Below are positions 17,293 to 26,372 of a stretch of DNA of 64,000 bases, piece after piece (the first letter of the stretch is position 1; every line of letters begins with the position of its first letter). The notes beneath the pieces were generated by a model that made no database searches, had not been told where the DNA came from, and saw only the letters and a program-made list of their open reading frames with translations. The translations under genes were made by a program, and so were the position numbers. This DNA comes from a virus (lineage: Duplodnaviria > Heunggongvirae > Uroviricota > Caudoviricetes): IMG/VR virus record IMGVR_UViG_3300009177_000029, positions 105,064 to 169,063 of that record; one strand, given 5' to 3'.

Positions 17293-17406
17293 CTCTGGGC
17301 AGGGCTTTGGAAGCGCTTGTGCCTCATATGCACAAGTATGACCGTTCGATTCGGTCCCGCACCATTCGTGTCATAGTGGCACGTACCAAAGAGAGGAAAG
17401 GTTTCT

Positions 17407-18129
17407 ATGAGCCAAGAGAAGAAGACCGAGACCGCCGCCGAGAAGACCAACAAGCTCATCCCCGAGATGCGCACGACGATGCTGCCCGCCATCACCGAGA
17501 AGCTCGGCGCGATCGTCGGCTTCGCGTTCGATGCGTTCCTGCTGCTCGTCTCGCGCGTCTGCGAAGACGTGTTCAAGATGCAGGCCGATTTCCAGCTCGT
17601 GAAGATGGTCATCGAAGCGCACAAGGCGCAGTCGAAGCTCGATGCCGAGACGATCAAGGATCTCAACCGTCGTCTCTCCGACATGACGTCGGCGCGTGAC
17701 ACGGCCACGTCCCTGCTCAACGCACGCATCGCGGAGCTGGACGATCTCAAGCGTCGCACGAGTGGTGCGCTGCTGACACTCGGACAGGTGTGCGGCGTCG
17801 GTGGAGGCACGCAGTTCGAGCCCGTGCACGTCACCCGTGGTGACCTGACGTTCGAGGAAGCGTTCTACCTCTTCATGGGACGCAAGATCGAGGCCATCAA
17901 GTGCTACCGTGAGCGCACGGGTCGTGGTCTCGCGGACAGCAAGGCGGCGGTCGAGGGCTACAGCCCGAACTCGAAGCTGTGGCAGGACATGAAGACGCTC
18001 ACCGAGCGCTGGGGCCAGGGCTGCTACGTCGCAACGAACCCGCCGAACAACGGCCGTGACCTCATGATGCAGGATCTGCGCGTCCAGCCCAAGGCGTTGA
18101 CGAGCACGTACGTCTCGCGACTCGGGTGA
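17407..18129 (+). CDS. protein with ribosomal L7/L12 C-terminal-like domain
   Basis: SD agaggaaagg; FEEAFYLFMGRKIEAIKCYRERTGRGLADSKAAVE parallels L7/L12 CTD [24 protein letters not shown]; N-terminal helical part. Confidence 0.5.
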   Translation: MSQEKKTETAAEKTNKLIPEMRTTMLPAITEKLGAIVGFAFDAFLLLVSRVCEDVFKMQADFQLVKMVIEAHKAQSKLDAETIKDLNRRLSDMTSARDTATSLLNARIAELDDLKRRTSGALLTLGQVCGVGGGTQFEPVHVTRGDLTFEEAFYLFMGRKIEAIKCYRERTGRGLADSKAAVEGYSPNSKLWQDMKTLTERWGQGCYVATNPPNNGRDLMMQDLRVQPKALTSTYVSRLG

Positions 18130-18136
18130 TCCACTC

Positions 18137-18214
18137 GGCACAAGCGGAAACGTTTGTGCCACTTATTGAGTAGAGGAGACGGGGCTGTTAAGCGGCTCCT
18201 CTACTCAATAAGTG
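18137..18214 (+). terminator. tandem stem-loops after gene 17407..18129 (7-bp stem, then 19-bp perfect stem)
   Basis: ggcacaa-N10-ttgtgcc; ccacttattgagtagaggag-N17-ctcctctactcaataagtg; no U-tract. Confidence 0.4.
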
Positions 18215-18245
18215 TAGGGTGTGACAACTAAAGAAGAGGTGTAAC

Positions 18246-18560
18246 ATGAATGCAATCGTTCTCGCGTCGGATTCCCTCAGTCATCTTCACATCTTCATGT
18301 GCCTTGGTCTCGTGTGCATGGGCACGATGATCGCCACGATGGGCGGCGCCATGTTGGCATGGTCGATGCTTCCGTTCTCGCCCTCGGATGCCATGTCCGA
18401 GCCGAGCGAGTTCCATTCGACCGCGGCGCAGCAGCGGTATGCCGCCACGCAGTGGAAGCTCGCAAACGTTCGCGCTGAGCGTGCACGTCTTCTGCTGGAG
18501 CCCAGTGACTCCACTCTCGCCACGCGTATCGAAGGCGTGCGTTCCATCGTGGTGTGCTGA
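18246..18560 (+). CDS. hypothetical membrane protein
   Basis: HIFMCLGLVCMGTMIATMGGAMLAWSMLPF hydrophobic segment; SD agaagaggtg. Confidence 0.35.
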   Translation: MNAIVLASDSLSHLHIFMCLGLVCMGTMIATMGGAMLAWSMLPFSPSDAMSEPSEFHSTAAQQRYAATQWKLANVRAERARLLLEPSDSTLATRIEGVRSIVVC

Positions 18561-19393
18561 TGCATACCTATGCTGGTGAATCCCCGTCCAAGACTCTTAC
18601 GCGCATCCTGTATTGGGAGACGCTGAAAGAGCACTTGGGCCATGACTTCAAAGACTCTCACCTCGTATTGTGTGGTGAGGGTGGCGACGTGCGACAAGCA
18701 CAAGCGCTCAATGCAGGTCCGGTTACGGCCGTAGACCTCGACAAAGAGCGTCTCAACAAGGCCAAGCGTGCGTTCCAGCGTCAGCATGGAAATCTGCGCC
18801 GCCACGATTTCGTGCACGGCAACATGTGTGAGATCGAAGGCAAGTTCGCACACGTGTTGCTCGACTGGTGCGAAGTGGTGCGCCCCGAGACGATGGAACG
18901 CAGCTTGCGTATCCTCGATCGCACGCTTCGTGAAGGCGGCATGTTCGGTCTGTGCTTCTCGTATGGGATGCAAGGCCGACCACGCAAGGGTCAACCGCCC
19001 TTGTTCGCCTGCATCGAGGGCGAGACGCGTGAAGAGAAGGTCATGCGGCGTATCAAGTACGTCAATAGCTGGCTGCAACTTCACTGCGGAAAAGCTGCGC
19101 CTGCGATGGTGGGCGCGTGGTACTACGACTCATCGACGGCCGAGAAGAAGGGCTCGCCGATGGTCTACATGCTGTTCGACACCTCAAAGCCCTTCACTGG
19201 CATTCCCAAGCCGGTGTTGTGCAAGTGGAACGAAGAGCAGCGTGAACAGGAGGCACGTGAAGCCTTCGAAGATCACAAGGGCTCATACTTCGCAGACTCG
19301 TCACGCGTGTCTGACAGGTTCATGTTGAACCCGAAGAAGATCGGTGCGTGGCATGCGTGGCAGACCATGCGAGCGAGGAAACATGCGCCTTAA
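18554..19393 (+). CDS. putative class I SAM-dependent methyltransferase
   Basis: HLVLCGEGGD (motif I-like), VTAVDLDKERL (acidic end of beta2), VLLDWCE (motif IV-like); tentative. Confidence 0.4.
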   Translation: MLMHTYAGESPSKTLTRILYWETLKEHLGHDFKDSHLVLCGEGGDVRQAQALNAGPVTAVDLDKERLNKAKRAFQRQHGNLRRHDFVHGNMCEIEGKFAHVLLDWCEVVRPETMERSLRILDRTLREGGMFGLCFSYGMQGRPRKGQPPLFACIEGETREEKVMRRIKYVNSWLQLHCGKAAPAMVGAWYYDSSTAEKKGSPMVYMLFDTSKPFTGIPKPVLCKWNEEQREQEAREAFEDHKGSYFADSSRVSDRFMLNPKKIGAWHAWQTMRARKHAP

Positions 19394-19706
19394 ATGCAGC
19401 GTCAAAGAGCTGGGTGATGTGATGTACAAGTCATTCACTCAACACATGCTTCCTCCGGTCGAGCTGAATCGCAGCGACTGCTCATACGTCGTAGGTGAAA
19501 TCATGGCCACGTTCCGAGACAACAGCGAGATTCATCCTGGCCATCAGCTCTTGCGTGAGCGCATCCCGAACACGCATCGACGGCGCACGCTGGTGATTGA
19601 TATGTGTGCGTTTGGTGTGAAAGACACCATGTTCCGTCGCAACGTGGCGATTCTGTTCACGGACGAAGAGATCGAACAGATCGAAGCGTTCATCAACAGC
19701 ATCTAA
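19383..19706 (+). CDS. hypothetical protein
   Basis: Internal Met of ORF 19344..19706. Confidence 0.3.
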   Translation: MRLKCSVKELGDVMYKSFTQHMLPPVELNRSDCSYVVGEIMATFRDNSEIHPGHQLLRERIPNTHRRRTLVIDMCAFGVKDTMFRRNVAILFTDEEIEQIEAFINSI

Positions 19707-19718
19707 TCGACCGCGCGC

Positions 19719-20006
19719 ATGGCCACGCATCCGTCCATCATCGCAGAGCGCAAGCGTTTGCGTAGGTTGGGATTCTTTCCCACCGCCGGACGTGTGCTAT
19801 CCCACCAGCGCCTTGGTGCTCACTACATGCGTGTGGTAGAGTACCACACCAACGGTTTCTCGTCTCTGTATGTTGAGGCATACGAGACACATGCCAAAGC
19901 TCGCAAGGCTAAGATTGTGCCTTTGAATGAGCTGGTGCACCTAGTTCAAAACGTTTCTCCTCGCGAGTACAAAGCGATCACGAGTCGCAGAAAGCCACGA
20001 ACATGA
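19719..20006 (+). CDS. hypothetical protein
   Basis: ORF track 95 aa. Confidence 0.3.
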   Translation: MATHPSIIAERKRLRRLGFFPTAGRVLSHQRLGAHYMRVVEYHTNGFSSLYVEAYETHAKARKAKIVPLNELVHLVQNVSPREYKAITSRRKPRT

Positions 20007-20191
20007 AGCTCACACTCAAGGTCACGAAGAAGACGACAATCACGCTTTCCGATCTGGGAAAGCTTCTCGGCATGAACATCACGGCTGTCGAGCTGAATCA
20101 CAGCCATGACTATCGTGGTGATACGTGTGGTCTCGCACAGAGCATCACCATCACCTCGGAGACCGAGGAAGCGCGTGAGGTGCCACAGTGA
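20003..20191 (+). CDS. hypothetical protein
   Basis: ORF track 62 aa, ATGA overlap. Confidence 0.3.
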   Translation: MKLTLKVTKKTTITLSDLGKLLGMNITAVELNHSHDYRGDTCGLAQSITITSETEEAREVPQ

Positions 20192-20289
20192 CCAAGCAAG
20201 AAATCTTCGACGAGATCATCGCGCCCTCAGGCATGGTGCTTGCGGGCGTGGTGTTCGCGTGGTTGGTGTGGATGATCTAGGAGGTTCTC

Positions 20290-20547
20290 ATGACTCTCAA
20301 CACTGCCTTCGGGCGACGGTTCACGGAAACCGTTTTCGTGTCCAAGACCGATGCAACGGGCAAGCCGGTGGGCTACGATCGCGTGCCGGCGATCTGGGAC
20401 CACCACGATCAGCCGGTCGCCGATCGTGCGTACTACCCGGGCGACCCGATGAGCGCGGCGAGCCGTGTGCTCACGCAGAAGACCGTCAAGGCCAAGGCCG
20501 AGCGTGATGCTCGTGAGGCCTCCAACAAGGCCCGCACGCGTCGCTGA
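20290..20547 (+). CDS. hypothetical protein
   Basis: ORF track 85 aa; SD ctaggagg upstream. Confidence 0.35.
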   Translation: MTLNTAFGRRFTETVFVSKTDATGKPVGYDRVPAIWDHHDQPVADRAYYPGDPMSAASRVLTQKTVKAKAERDAREASNKARTRR

Positions 20548-21000
20548 GTGCTTCACAGACTGTCGTGAGACAGGCAGCTTGTAGCAGGCGAGGAGTATAG
20601 TTAGTGGTACATATAGCCTTCAATGGCGAGTGTAAAGTAAGATGGCGTCACACCACTAACGTGCCGCGACATAGTATGCTCTTGATTCTGCTACATGTCG
20701 TCAAGCGTATAGAGCGCGGGTACGCACCCACAATCTAACGAGGGTCGGCACACCATGCTTCGCTAATCAATCGGTTTCTCTGTCGAGAGTTGGCCGCCTC
20801 ACCCTACTTGTATTCATGTGGCCCACGCTGATTCCTTCTAGGTGCATAGAAGAGGGAGCGTGTCATAAAGCACCAATCCATCGTCAATCGATGGCGACTC
20901 CACACATGTTGTGGACAGTCGCATGGACGTTGAGAGGTTCCTCACACCCACCTCTCGCCTACTCAACGTCCATGCTAGTGTCTACACCACGAGGAAACAC

Positions 21001-21171
21001 ATGTCACAACACTACGAGACCAATGACAAGTTCGTGCCGCTCGTCAATCGCATTCGTATGCTTCTCGCATACATGAGCGAGGAAGACGTAGCACGTAAGC
21101 TCGTGGGAGAAGGTCAATCGCCAGCCGACGTGTGGCTGTGCGTCATGGCAGCGCGGATTCTCGACAAATGA
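21001..21171 (+). CDS. hypothetical protein (56 aa)
   Basis: Internal Met with SD gaggaaacac; first gene after 440-bp non-coding gap. Confidence 0.3.
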   Translation: MSQHYETNDKFVPLVNRIRMLLAYMSEEDVARKLVGEGQSPADVWLCVMAARILDK

Positions 21172-21440
21172 TTCACTACCGCATATCGCGGGACTACACA
21201 GCGTGTGGTGCTGCCATACGTGCAGTAGTGTCGATTGGGGATGAGTGGAATACCTATCCCAAAGCGCTACTGCACACACTCGAAGACAAGCATGGCAACA
21301 TGAACACTTTCGGGTGTCCAGGTTGTGTGCGATCAGACGTCTTTTGTGAAGCAATCGCTGCGGTTGAAATGGGCATGTATTCATCACAAGAGTGGCATAC
21401 GCATCTTGTAGGCACATGGAAAGGTGCCGATGATGCCTGA
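21168..21440 (+). CDS. hypothetical Cys-containing protein
   Basis: ATGA overlap; 90 aa. Confidence 0.35.
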   Translation: MIHYRISRDYTACGAAIRAVVSIGDEWNTYPKALLHTLEDKHGNMNTFGCPGCVRSDVFCEAIAAVEMGMYSSQEWHTHLVGTWKGADDA

Positions 21441-21509
21441 GACGCGCATCGTGCTCTTCATCGTAGTCATTCTGCTAGTGTTCGCACTAGGGCAATCGCT
21501 GGGTGCACA

Positions 21510-21821
21510 ATGAGCGAGGAAACACATGTGGAAAACCCATCTTCACAGCCTGATTCGGCAAGCGAGGGAAGCGGAGATCAAGAAGTGGTCTTCCTTCCTT
21601 GTCGCCGATGTGCCTCATGCGACGGATCAGCACATCCAGCCAGTGGATGTGAGTATTCTCCCACCATGCTCATCTGCGGACGCTGCATCCGTGAAGCATG
21701 GCGCTGGATCAAGGGACACACCAACCTCGACAAACGAGTAGGTGCCAAAGTCAAGGGTGCCGCTCGTGTGAGCTTCTACGAAGCCGCAGGAAGGAACAGG
21801 CCCATCGACAATGGAATCTGA
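21510..21821 (+). CDS. hypothetical Cys-rich protein
   Basis: ORF track 103 aa, CRRCASCDG...CGRC. Confidence 0.3.
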   Translation: MSEETHVENPSSQPDSASEGSGDQEVVFLPCRRCASCDGSAHPASGCEYSPTMLICGRCIREAWRWIKGHTNLDKRVGAKVKGAARVSFYEAAGRNRPIDNGI

Positions 21822-22650
21822 GATCAGACACTACGTATCAAATACATGGATCAGTCCGCAGCCTACCGCGTGTGGATTGACCGGGCAAAGTGTGCCACCG
21901 AATAGCTGTATCGGCTATCCGGGCAAGCACATTACTTGTGCTGAGTGTCTCGATAGCTATGCCTACGAGCAGGATGAGATCGAGTACGATCTCTACGAGA
22001 CCACACAGAACTCCAAGCCTGTGGCTTGGATGCGCAGGCAATCACTGAGTCGCCTCGACAACAAAGAGGTGAATCATGTCATTGGTATGCTCGCGAGCGA
22101 GAATCCAGGAAACACAGACGAAGAAGCACACAAACAGTGGTGGGAGCGCTGCTGGTACTTCGTTGGTTGTGTAATCAACCACTATCCTGGCTTTGTAATG
22201 AAGCTAGTACGGCCTTTGGCACGACAAAAGCCGCGTGGTGCGTTGTTTCCTGTTGAGGCTGCACGTCTTTTGAACTTTCGTCGTGCGCTAGGATTGTCCA
22301 TGACTTCGGTGGCGTCCAGCGCCAACCCAATCTACAGCCTTCCTCGCGATCTGGCAGCGAAGATCGGCTTCGCACCGATAGGCCATGTGCAGCCGTGTGT
22401 GGATCAAGACGAGTATGCACAGCGCATATTCGAACACCAGCAGACAGGCCAGCGCTTGGGTCAAGCAATGTTCAATGCATTGTATGACCTGTGTCCTGAG
22501 CTTGCCAACAGCATCAGAGGCACGGACGCCGATTGTTTCCACAACGACAAGCTGGTTGCACCGTTCATGCAGCGTGCTATCGGTGTGTTCACAGACGAAG
22601 AAATGCTCCAAGGTGCTCGTCACATTCTCAAGCAAGTAGGAAAGCCATGA
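21811..22650 (+). CDS. hypothetical protein
   Basis: ORF track 279 aa. Confidence 0.4.
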   Translation: MESEIRHYVSNTWISPQPTACGLTGQSVPPNSCIGYPGKHITCAECLDSYAYEQDEIEYDLYETTQNSKPVAWMRRQSLSRLDNKEVNHVIGMLASENPGNTDEEAHKQWWERCWYFVGCVINHYPGFVMKLVRPLARQKPRGALFPVEAARLLNFRRALGLSMTSVASSANPIYSLPRDLAAKIGFAPIGHVQPCVDQDEYAQRIFEHQQTGQRLGQAMFNALYDLCPELANSIRGTDADCFHNDKLVAPFMQRAIGVFTDEEMLQGARHILKQVGKP

Positions 22651-23633
22651 CCAACTTCGACGATCCTCGCATCGCAGTCATCGAGACGACGCCCATGTGG
22701 GCGGGTGATCTCGCCATCACGGACGTGGACAACGCGCTCAAGGCCGAGGGCCTCGATGATGCGTTGCTTCCGGCACAGCCTTCGCGTGCGGTCGCGATGC
22801 GCCGTGCGTTCCAGGAGTGTGCGCCGCGTGGTGCTCGCATCGATCCGCTGCCGGCTGGCATGGGAGTTGCTATGTCCCTCAAGGACGTGGCTGCTCTCGA
22901 TCTCGAAGCCCTGGCCACGGCGTCGGGTCACGACGTGCGATCGGCTGCGTCGTACCACACGCAGTTCTCGGCAAAGATTCTCGTGCAGAACATCAACGCC
23001 TCGGAGATCGAGACGCTGACGTTCACGCCCGACGATCACGTGATGACTCCGCTCGTGCGTGAGGTCTATCGCGCCAAGCGTGAGCAGTACAAGGCCAGCG
23101 AGGATCTCTCGGTCTGGTTCTCGCAGACCATCATCCCGGCTGTGGGTGGTGTCGGCAAGCGCTCGCGTGGTGGTGTGTACTACGTGCCCGCTGCTCGTCG
23201 TGAGGTGCTGCTCAAGGTCGCGTCGGCGCTAAGCAAGCTCTCGCAATCGCATGCGATTCAGCGCATGGTGGCGGGTGTGAGCATCCCCGTCTACCAGCTC
23301 ACGCACGGTGGAAAGCTGTGCCTCGAACCGCGCTACTCGGACGATTCCGCTGCGATGGAGATCCTCATCGACGGCGTGATTCGGGATACCGACAGTGCCC
23401 TCGACGGCCTGTCGGATGCTCTCGACGTGAAGGAGGGCAAGCGTCCGCTGGGCAAGCGTGGGCTGGCCACCAAGAAGAAGGAAGCTGCCGTGCTCGAAGC
23501 ACAGCTCGCCTCGTGGGAAAGTGTGTGCAGCGTTTCCCTCGATCTTCTGCGCAACCGCCTCAGTGAAATGCAGGCGGCGATCGGCACCGCAGAGCTGGCT
23601 GCCGAGCTGGCCGATGCCGAGGCCGACAAGTGA
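22647..23633 (+). CDS. hypothetical protein (upstream partner of macro-domain gene)
   Basis: ATGA overlap with previous; 328 aa; GTGA-coupled to macro gene. Confidence 0.4.
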   Translation: MTNFDDPRIAVIETTPMWAGDLAITDVDNALKAEGLDDALLPAQPSRAVAMRRAFQECAPRGARIDPLPAGMGVAMSLKDVAALDLEALATASGHDVRSAASYHTQFSAKILVQNINASEIETLTFTPDDHVMTPLVREVYRAKREQYKASEDLSVWFSQTIIPAVGGVGKRSRGGVYYVPAARREVLLKVASALSKLSQSHAIQRMVAGVSIPVYQLTHGGKLCLEPRYSDDSAAMEILIDGVIRDTDSALDGLSDALDVKEGKRPLGKRGLATKKKEAAVLEAQLASWESVCSVSLDLLRNRLSEMQAAIGTAELAAELADAEADK

Positions 23634-24130
23634 CCATCATTCACTACGTCCGTGGTGATGCCACGGAGCCACGTGGTGATGGACACAAGATCATCGTGCA
23701 TTGCTGCAACGATATCGGTGCTTGGGGCGCTGGTTTCGTACTGGCAATCTCGAAAAAGTGGCCGCATGTCGAGGATGCGTATCGTGCTCTCGGAAGCTAC
23801 GCGCTGGGTGACGTCCAGTTCGTGAAGGCAACCGAAGATATCACGGTCGCGAACATCATCGGCCAGCACGGAATCGGCGGCATGTCTCGTGCCTTGGATA
23901 GTGGTAGAAAGCTGTCCGCAGGATATCGCGACAAGCATCCACCGATTCGGTACGAAGCGATCGAGCAGGGCCTGAGGGTCGTGCGCTATCGTGCCACGAA
24001 TCATGCGCATCTTGCTTCGGTTCACATGCCTCGCATGGGCTGTGGCCTGGCTGGTGGTTCGTGGGACACGATGGAGCCGATCATCGCGAAGGCTCTACAA
24101 GATCTCGAAGTGACGGTCTACGACTTCTGA
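23630..24130 (+). CDS. macro-domain protein (ADP-ribose binding/hydrolase)
   Basis: GDATEP (GDITE-like), IVHCCNDIGAWGAGFVLAI (glycine-rich ADP-ribose pocket), HMPRMGCGLAGGSWDTMEPII. Confidence 0.7.
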   Translation: MTIIHYVRGDATEPRGDGHKIIVHCCNDIGAWGAGFVLAISKKWPHVEDAYRALGSYALGDVQFVKATEDITVANIIGQHGIGGMSRALDSGRKLSAGYRDKHPPIRYEAIEQGLRVVRYRATNHAHLASVHMPRMGCGLAGGSWDTMEPIIAKALQDLEVTVYDF

Positions 24131-24137
24131 GGACAAC

Positions 24138-24581
24138 ATGGGATATAGCGACGAGTGGAAATACATCCTGCGTGAAGAGCTTCCGTATTACATGGATGCT
24201 CGAATCGACAACGAGCCATTTTCACTCGTCGTTCATCCCAGACTTCTCAAAGAGCTTACCAAGACTGCGGGTTCATTGCAGTTCACGCCACAGATTTTGG
24301 TGGATGGGGTCAACTATCACTTCAAGTGCAGCACGATACTTCGTCGCACCGACCTTAGTGACCCTTTCTTAGCCAACCGAGTTCCATCACGATCCGAAGT
24401 GGATTACTCCACTTGGTATCTGTGGAAGACCGTACGGGATCCCAGGTCCATTCGAGAACAGCAAAGCACGTACATAGGTAACGCCGTGGCTGGTTGGTAT
24501 TCCAGTCACATCGCAATCGTGACGTCCATGCTGGGCCTCAATGATAAGGACGAGAGACGCGAATGGAAGCCACCAACATAG
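24138..24581 (+). CDS. hypothetical protein
   Basis: ORF track 147 aa. Confidence 0.35.
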   Translation: MGYSDEWKYILREELPYYMDARIDNEPFSLVVHPRLLKELTKTAGSLQFTPQILVDGVNYHFKCSTILRRTDLSDPFLANRVPSRSEVDYSTWYLWKTVRDPRSIREQQSTYIGNAVAGWYSSHIAIVTSMLGLNDKDERREWKPPT

Positions 24582-24753
24582 CCGCTCGGCACGCATGCAG
24601 CAAATGCTTGCGCAAGGTGTTGAGTGTGAGGCTTCGCACTTGTCCTGCCACTTGTCTTCTGGTACGTATCTGTGATGGATGCGTCGTCCAGCAACGACAA
24701 GCGCACAACCTGCGTTATGCTCTGAGAAGCATGCGTCAGGCAAAGATGCTGTG

Positions 24754-24990
24754 ATGGATGAGATCATAGAGATGATCGATATCTGTGTGGATGCAAGATG
24801 CAGACGCATAGAAGTATCAGGTCAACTCTGGGAAACGCTGAGGGATTGGTACGAAGACCAAGACCTAGATAAGTACACCGACCGTCCTTATGGACGGTAC
24901 AAGTTCTATAGGATTGGCGTGAAAACGTTTCAGTTCTGTTCACAAAGACAGTTTCTGGGTGTCCTGCAACACAAGCTAGAGAGGGAATGA
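24754..24990 (+). CDS. hypothetical protein
   Basis: Internal Met of ORF 24679..24990. Confidence 0.3.
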   Translation: MDEIIEMIDICVDARCRRIEVSGQLWETLRDWYEDQDLDKYTDRPYGRYKFYRIGVKTFQFCSQRQFLGVLQHKLERE

Positions 24991-24993
24991 GAA

Positions 24994-26139
24994 ATGCTCC
25001 ACGCAGACATGCTCGCGATCGCAATCCAAGTCAACGTCACCACCCTGTGCACGGGCAAGCCCGGCATCGGCAAGACGGCCATCGTTCGTGCCATCACGAA
25101 GCAGATCGAGCTGGCCAAGCATGGTGGCAAGGGCTTCCCGTTCGTCGTGACGAACGCGGCTCAGGGCATGGCCGAGGACATCGGCGGTGCTCAGGTGCCG
25201 AATCACGAGAACAAGACGATGGAAGGCTACATCATGGGCGCCATCAAGACGTTCGTGATTCACGGCAAGGGCGTCCATCTGTGCGACGAGTACGGCTCGG
25301 CGAACAACAACTACCGTGCTGCCATGCTCTCGGTGAACGAGGGTCGTCTGTACGGCGACCATCATCTGCCGAACGTGGCAGTCGTGTGCTGCATGAATCC
25401 GCCCGACATCGCCACGAACGGTGCGGACATGACGCCGCCCGAGAGCAATCGTTTCTTCTGGCTGCCGTGGAACCTCGAAGACTCGGCGTGGTTCGACTAC
25501 ATGCTGGGTGGCAACGGTGCGGCAACGCAGGTTCCCATCCTGCCCGACAAGTGGGAGGATAGCTATCTTCCCAAGGCCAAGAGCCTCATCGTCTCGTTCC
25601 TCAAGCGCAATCCGAAGCGCATCCACGACATGCCGCCCCCGGAGAAGGCCACTCAACCGTGGCCGTCCAATCGTTCGTGGGAGTACGCGGCTCTCATGCT
25701 CGGTGCGACTCGTGCGGCGGGCTTCGATCTCGCGTCCGACCACGTGCATGCTGCGGTCTGTGGCTGCATCGGTACGGCCGTGGGTGACGAGTTTTTCGCG
25801 TGGGTGAAGGACATGGATCTCCCCGATCCGGAAGAGCTTCTCGCAGATCCCGCCAACGCTCACAAGCTGATCCATTCGCGCCACGATCGTGCGATGGTCA
25901 CGCTCGAAGCGATGGCAGCGGCTGCGTGCGAGAAGTCCAACAAGAACTTCCCGAAGCGCTGGGAGGCTGCGTGGGAGATCCTGCGTCCGGTCATCCAGTC
26001 GCATCAGGATCGCGCCGAGCCCGCGGCGAAGATCCTCGCACGAAACAAGCCGCCTGGATGCAACTTCCCGCAGGAAGCTGCCGCGCTGCTCAAGGTTCGC
26101 CGTGAGGTCGGCATCAGTTCCTCGGGTGTGGCTCGATAG
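24994..26139 (+). CDS. MoxR-type AAA+ ATPase (AAA_5/CbbQ-like)
   Basis: Walker A CTGKPGIGKTA; Walker B HLCDEYGSANNNYRAAMLSVNE; sensor CCMNPPD...NRF matching MoxR ATqNP...DRF. Confidence 0.75.
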   Translation: MLHADMLAIAIQVNVTTLCTGKPGIGKTAIVRAITKQIELAKHGGKGFPFVVTNAAQGMAEDIGGAQVPNHENKTMEGYIMGAIKTFVIHGKGVHLCDEYGSANNNYRAAMLSVNEGRLYGDHHLPNVAVVCCMNPPDIATNGADMTPPESNRFFWLPWNLEDSAWFDYMLGGNGAATQVPILPDKWEDSYLPKAKSLIVSFLKRNPKRIHDMPPPEKATQPWPSNRSWEYAALMLGATRAAGFDLASDHVHAAVCGCIGTAVGDEFFAWVKDMDLPDPEELLADPANAHKLIHSRHDRAMVTLEAMAAAACEKSNKNFPKRWEAAWEILRPVIQSHQDRAEPAAKILARNKPPGCNFPQEAAALLKVRREVGISSSGVAR

Positions 26140-26192
26140 TTCGTCAGCCCTGGTTGCGATTACTAGATCAATACAGGGCTATGAGGTAAACA

Positions 26193-26372
26193 ATGCTGGA
26201 AAAGTGGTTCGACTATCTCATTCTGGCGTGGCTTCTTGAGCGTACAGAGGATGCGTACAAACGCCGTCATCCTGCAATCAAGAGCAAGGCGTTTGGTAAA
26301 GCAGCCCATGATCTAGCTACGGGCATGATTCGTGCTCGCAACCGCATCATCTACGAAGGGATTGTCAAATGA
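26193..26372 (+). CDS. small hypothetical protein (59 aa)
   Basis: SD gaggtaaaca; ATGA overlap with next gene. Confidence 0.3.
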   Translation: MLEKWFDYLILAWLLERTEDAYKRRHPAIKSKAFGKAAHDLATGMIRARNRIIYEGIVK

